Of a stretch of DNA of 64,000 nucleotides, positions 58,902 to 64,000 are shown one piece after another. The notes beneath the pieces are model-generated. The model saw only the letters and a program-made list of their open reading frames with translations. It did no database searches and was not told the origin of the DNA. Within the stretch, counting starts at the first letter, position 1, and the number at the start of each line of letters is the position of its first letter. This DNA is from Eledone cirrhosa (lineage: Eukaryota). A program made the position numbers and the translations under genes. The stretch is taken from the NCBI GenBank assembly GCA_964016885.1, contig OZ024743.1:311426001-311490000 (forward strand), in the 5' to 3' direction.

Positions 58902-61900
58902 TTAACAGTGCTGCGATCGAATGTGGCTTTTTAGCCCAGCCAATGATCTAAAATGTCTTGCACAGAGTTGGCACCCAAAACATTCACTGGGAGTAGCCGG
59001 CAGTGGTTGGAGTTCATGTACTTTTGCATGTCGTTTGAGCCCTCCTGCTGATTTACATTCTCTACCACAAGCTTGGCAGGCATTATGAGTAGCATCTGCA
59101 ACAGCAGCCTGGTAGTCAACCACTGGTCTCACTTTATGACTGTGAAGATGACTTTTGAGTCCAGCTTTGCTGAGGTGGAGTCTCGCACAGACATTGCATG
59201 TCAACGCCATAGTAGGACCTTCATTGTCTGGAAATGCAACAATAATGTCCTTCCACACATCTCTCTTTACTTTCTCGTATGCGATTCGAGATGCCTCAAA
59301 GGCAACTTTCACCTCATATACAGTCTTTCTCCATTTATTACGATCAGTAGCAACATTTTCCCATGTATCATCAGAGATGTTAGCGTCTTCAAAGAGGCTT
59401 TCAACGAATCCTTATACCTGTTTTCGTTTATGTGGAGGTCGTTTTCCTTTAACTAGCTCTCCGTAAAAGAGTTGCTTTGGTATTCTAGAATCCTTCATCC
59501 TGGCAAGGTGACCACTCCAACTGAGTCTTTGCTTAAGCACAAGAGCTTCTATACTGTCACACAGAGAGCTTTCCAAAATCTCGACATCACATGACGTCCC
59601 TCCAGTGAACGCCATGGATCCGTCTGAGACACATCTGATGGAAACGCTCCAATTGTTTAAGGTGGTGTCAATATGTTACCCAGGTCTCGCAGGCATAAAG
59701 AAAAGAAGAGAGTACATGGAACCTTGTACACCTTTACCTTTGTCTTCTTGCATATGTCTCGCCGACCCCAAAGTCGCCTTTCTAGCTTTCCGAAAGCATC
59801 ACTTGGTTTCCTAATCCTGAGTGGAATTTCATTATCAAGGTTGCTGTATCGATTGACAGTGCTTCCCAGGTAGACAAACTGATCAACCACTCCAAGTCGT
59901 TTACCATACACATAGATATTTGGCTCATTGTACTGCTTACCAGGGGCAGGTTGGTACATGACGACGGTTTTCTTGAGACTGACAGTCAATCCAAGGGCAG
60001 TGCAAGCATCAGAAAATGCATTTAAAATGTGCTGCATATCACTCTCTGTGTGCGCTACAAGATCGCAATTATCTGCATACAAGAGGTCTCTTATGATTGA
60101 TGTAAATACTTTTGTTATTGCAGCAAAGCGCCTGATGTTAAATATGCTGCCTGAGGTTCGATATTGGATGTAAACACCATGCTCGCAATTCCTGAATGCA
60201 ATATAGAAAACCATTGCAAAGTATATGGCGAACAGGATCGGTACTGGAATATCCCCCTGTTTCACTCCATTTTTTACTGAGCTAGGCTCCGACATGTTAC
60301 CTCTGAAATTAACCCAAGCCTTCATATCGTCATGGAAAGTCTTAACCAAAGCAAGGAACTTATCAGGGCAACACAGTTTCTGGAGAACCTTCCACAATGC
60401 ATTTCTGTTAACAGTCTCGAAAGCTTTTGTCAGATCGACAAAAACCTGATACAGATCCAAACCTTGTTTCATGCACTTCTCCTGGAGATGTCTAGATGAG
60501 AAGATCATATCAGTAGTGCCGCGTCCAGCACAAAAACCAGATTGGCTTTCAGGAAGAACACAATCTGCAATGTGTGTCAGCAGAACGATCCAGAAGCACC
60601 CTACATACAATTTTTCCTACGACAGAAAGCAATGATATACCTCAATAGTTTCCACAATCATTCTTGTTACCCTTTCCCTTGTACAAGACCACCATTACTG
60701 CATCTCTCCAGTCCTCAGGTACGGAATCACTATCCTGCCAAACAAAGAGTGAAGATGTCACAGAAGTCTCTCACACCATATTGTAAGAGCTCTGCATGTA
60801 TGCCATCCATACCTGGAGAACTTCCACTGTTCCACTTCGAGATAGCTACTGCAACCTCCACAAGCGTCGGTGGTCCTGCGAGAGCTACTTTCACGGGATT
60901 TTCAGGAATGAGATTGAGGAAATCTTCATTGACGACAGACGACTAATTCAAAAGTTCATCAAAGTGCTCTCGCCACCTTCGTAGAATTCCTTGTGAGTCA
61001 CGAAGAGGTTCCTTGCCATCCTTGCTGCGAAGTGGTGTCACCAGAGAAGAAGACGGTCCATAAACTTCACGCAAGAGACTGTACAACAGCTTTGTGTTAT
61101 TGGAATCTGATGCAGCTTGTATCTCATCAGCCTTCTCACTCCACAACTTATCCTTCATCTGAGAAAGACTCCGCCTAACACGTGATTTCACATCCCTGAG
61201 TTCCTTATGCAACATATTCTTCTCCTGTGGTTTTGCTGTCAAGTAGCGTGACAGAGCACGCCTCTTATCAGCCAACAAGTCATCTATATGTTCATCATTC
61301 TCATTAAACCAGTCTTGATGTTTTCTCTGCACCAATCCCAGAACACGCCTGTCTACATCATAAACCGACTTTTTAAGGGTCGGCCAATCGTCACCAAGAT
61401 CTGCAACATGCATCTCTTCTCGCAATGTCCTCTTCACAATTTTATCTCTAAGACGAGCAGCATTCAATCTTCTGGGCAGGGTAACACCAGGAGCCCGGAT
61501 TTTACATTTAGCGATTAGTTTCACTTTTGCGCGTACCAGGCGGTGGTCTGTCCAGCACTCAGCTCCACGAAGTCTGCGCATCACGTCTGTCACGCATCCT
61601 GACAAGGACGTAATCCAAAAGATGCCATTCCTTAGATGCAGGATGCATCCATGTGGTCTAAAATTTGTTCTTTTGCTGGAACATGGTGTTCGTAACACAC
61701 AGATCCAGCTCTTCACACATCTGCAGCAGGAGCATACCATTGTTGTTACACTTTCCCACCCCATGCCTTCCGATTACATTCCATGCGTTAAAATCCCTAC
61801 CCACTCTAGCATTAAAGTCACCAAGCACGATGACCTTACCTGCCTGAGGGATATTTCTTAAAACACCTTTCAAGTCATGGTAAAAAGACACTTTTTCTTC

Positions 61901-62300
61901 ATCGACAGAATTCATAGTTGGAGCATACACACTCATCAGGGTCGCATATCTTCCTTTGTCCACTGGGAATTCTTCTAATAGAGCAGTCTTAACAGCAAAT
62001 GCTACCCCAGCCTCTCTTCTGATTCCTTCATCTCTTCCTTTCCAGAAGAATGTATATTCTCCACAAAATTCTATTAGATGACCATCTCCAGCTAACCTCG
62101 TCTCAGATAAAGCTACGATGTCAAGATCGTAACGTCGAAGCTCCTTTGCAACAAGAACGGTCCTTCGTTCAGGACGTTACAAGGAATCCCTGTCAAGCAG
62201 CGTACATACGTTCCAGCAGCCAATATTAAATGCTTTGTTTGGCTCTATTACAGTGGCACGATGACGAGCGGCCCCAGGCTGTGATACCCTGGGGCACTTG
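58902..62300 (-). pseudogene. Decayed near-full-length RTE-clade LINE (APE-RT-C2H2)
   Basis: IGCWNV, SVYAPT, LGDFNA, WTDH (APE); PESQSGF, FVDLTKAF, GVKQG, YADN, FVYLGS (RT); three C-terminal C2H2 fingers; many frameshifts. Confidence 0.9.
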
Positions 62301-62389
62301 CCCTTATTACCAATTATCTCTTTTGTTCCAGAACCCTTATTGCCAATTATCTCTTTTATATTGTTTTGGAACATCATTGAATTGGGGAA

Positions 62390-62424
<35 letters not shown>

Positions 62425-64000
62425 TTTCATTTATTGGCCACAAGGGCCGACATATATGGGACAATACAAAAGACTAGGACAGTGGGGTTTTACAAAAAAA
62501 TCGAGTAAACAATATGAATCACAATAACAAAGTAACAAGAAAATTACAAGAAAAAATTCCCCAATAGGGGGATGACCACCTGGGGTTCGCTCAGGTACCC
62601 CACCAATCCTGAACGACATGACGCTTCGAGAGCACCCAGGAAGGGCACCTCCTCTCCTCCTCAAATTTACCTACCTACAGCCGCATGACCAGAGTAGGCC
62701 CACTCACACGGGCCATTCTCGCCACATTCACCCACCTTTCAGCAAATGTACTGGGGGGCAGCACTTCTCTCTCCACCCTCACCTTCCTTTCCAAGTGAAA
62801 CTTGAAAAAGTTGATGAGCGATTGGCCGAAGAGAAAAGTGTCTGTCTTCAGTCCTTTCAACCTCGTCCACCATACAACTTCTTTCGCTACTGCCACCAGA
62901 CAGAGGAAAATTGCCTGCCCTTCCTGGCCAAAAGAAGGCGGCGGATCGATCTTCACTATGGACTCGGCCGATAGCCGGATCCGTTCTACACGCGACAACA
63001 GCTGTTCAACATAACTCCACAAGTCAGTAATGCACGGACACTGGACAAGTGCGTGCAGAACGGTTTCGTCGCTCTGCGCGCATCTCGGGCAGGTCCGTCT
63101 GACAGCACTTCCGTGCCTGTAGAGTTTATCTCGAACCGGCAGTGCCCCCGGTAGCACTGCTAAACGAGGGATTTTTGGAAATTATCCATCGTCCCCGGCT
63201 CGAAAGTCCTCCGGTACAGACTGGTTAGTTTGACTTCGTTCACTCCCAGAGCCTCTCCGAGTGCGTCGTTGCACTTGCCCACCACTAATCCTATATAGAA
63301 CTCGAGAGTGGAAGTTCCACTGACCGCATTTCCCGCCTGGTAGAGGGCAGTGAGTGCTTGGCAACATTCCAGATGCCAGTCACCCAGTCTCGGTCTCTTT
63401 TTGACATAGGACTGCAGCTCAGTCAAAGAAACGAGCTGCGGAAAGGCCCGTCTGACAAACGGCGACTACACCTGTTCACCGTTTAGGTAGAATATCTGGA
63501 GATGCCGCAGCCTCAGCGCGTGCCTGCGCATCATTAGCCACGGCATGCCCAGCCCTCCACATAGAGGGTGCTGGCAGCAGATGGGCCGTCTCACCAGCGG
63601 AACCTGACCCCTCCACAAGAATTTGAAGAGGAGCCGCTCCAAGATGGCGACACGCGAACGGGGGCAAGGGACGACGGTCAGACGGTAGTAGATGACGGAC
63701 GCGATGTACACGTTCGCCACCTCCGCCCGACCTTTCAGTGATTTCTGGGTGAGACTGGCTACCCTGCCCGTCACGTCGTCCTAATTATTATCCACCTGGA
63801 GGTCTGGCCCGAACCAAACCCCTGGCAACTTTACCGGTCCGTCCGTCCAGCGCCTAACGACGCTGTTGGACGGCATGGACTTGCCTCTCCAGGTGCCGAG
63901 TCGCAAGCCTACCGACTTTTCCGGGTTAAGTTTTGCTCCCGTCAACCTTTCATATTCCTCCAATAAGTTGCCGACCACTTCGATTTCTGAGGTGTCCGAC
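62390..64000 (-). mobile_element. Decayed fifth copy of the Tx1-like element (3' part; continues beyond window)
   Basis: Fragments homologous to the ORF2 C-terminus with stops and deletions; same 3'UTR and (ATT)11 tail. Confidence 0.95.

Overview
Repeat-dominated, AT-rich animal genomic DNA; the SINE repertoire and (TA)n density look cephalopod/octopus-like (recollection, not a database result). No host protein-coding gene is supported. 1-20795 is a head-to-tail array of at least four nearly identical, intact 5840-bp Tx1/L1-clade non-LTR retrotransposons (ORF1 with CCHC knuckle; ORF2 APE endonuclease, RT and C-terminal CCHC), each joined by exactly (ATT)6. A fifth, decayed copy lies on the minus strand at the right edge, abutting a decayed RTE LINE with three C2H2 fingers. 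The rest is microsatellites, a 200-N gap, tRNA-derived SINEs, CRE-clade RLE retrotransposon remnants, a mariner MITE and a Helitron-like element. The most notable unannotated signals are: (i) several unrelated short elements inside (TA)n tracts, often long fold-back palindromes, that carry hammerhead-ribozyme motifs with palindromic helix III (Penelope-like pseudo-LTRs), two with a large insertion in helix II; (ii) a 3' stem-loop (loop CTTGT) plus (ATT)n tail shared by the Tx1 element and the dominant SINE; (iii) splice signals positioned to excise ORF1 and expose the ORF2 ATG.
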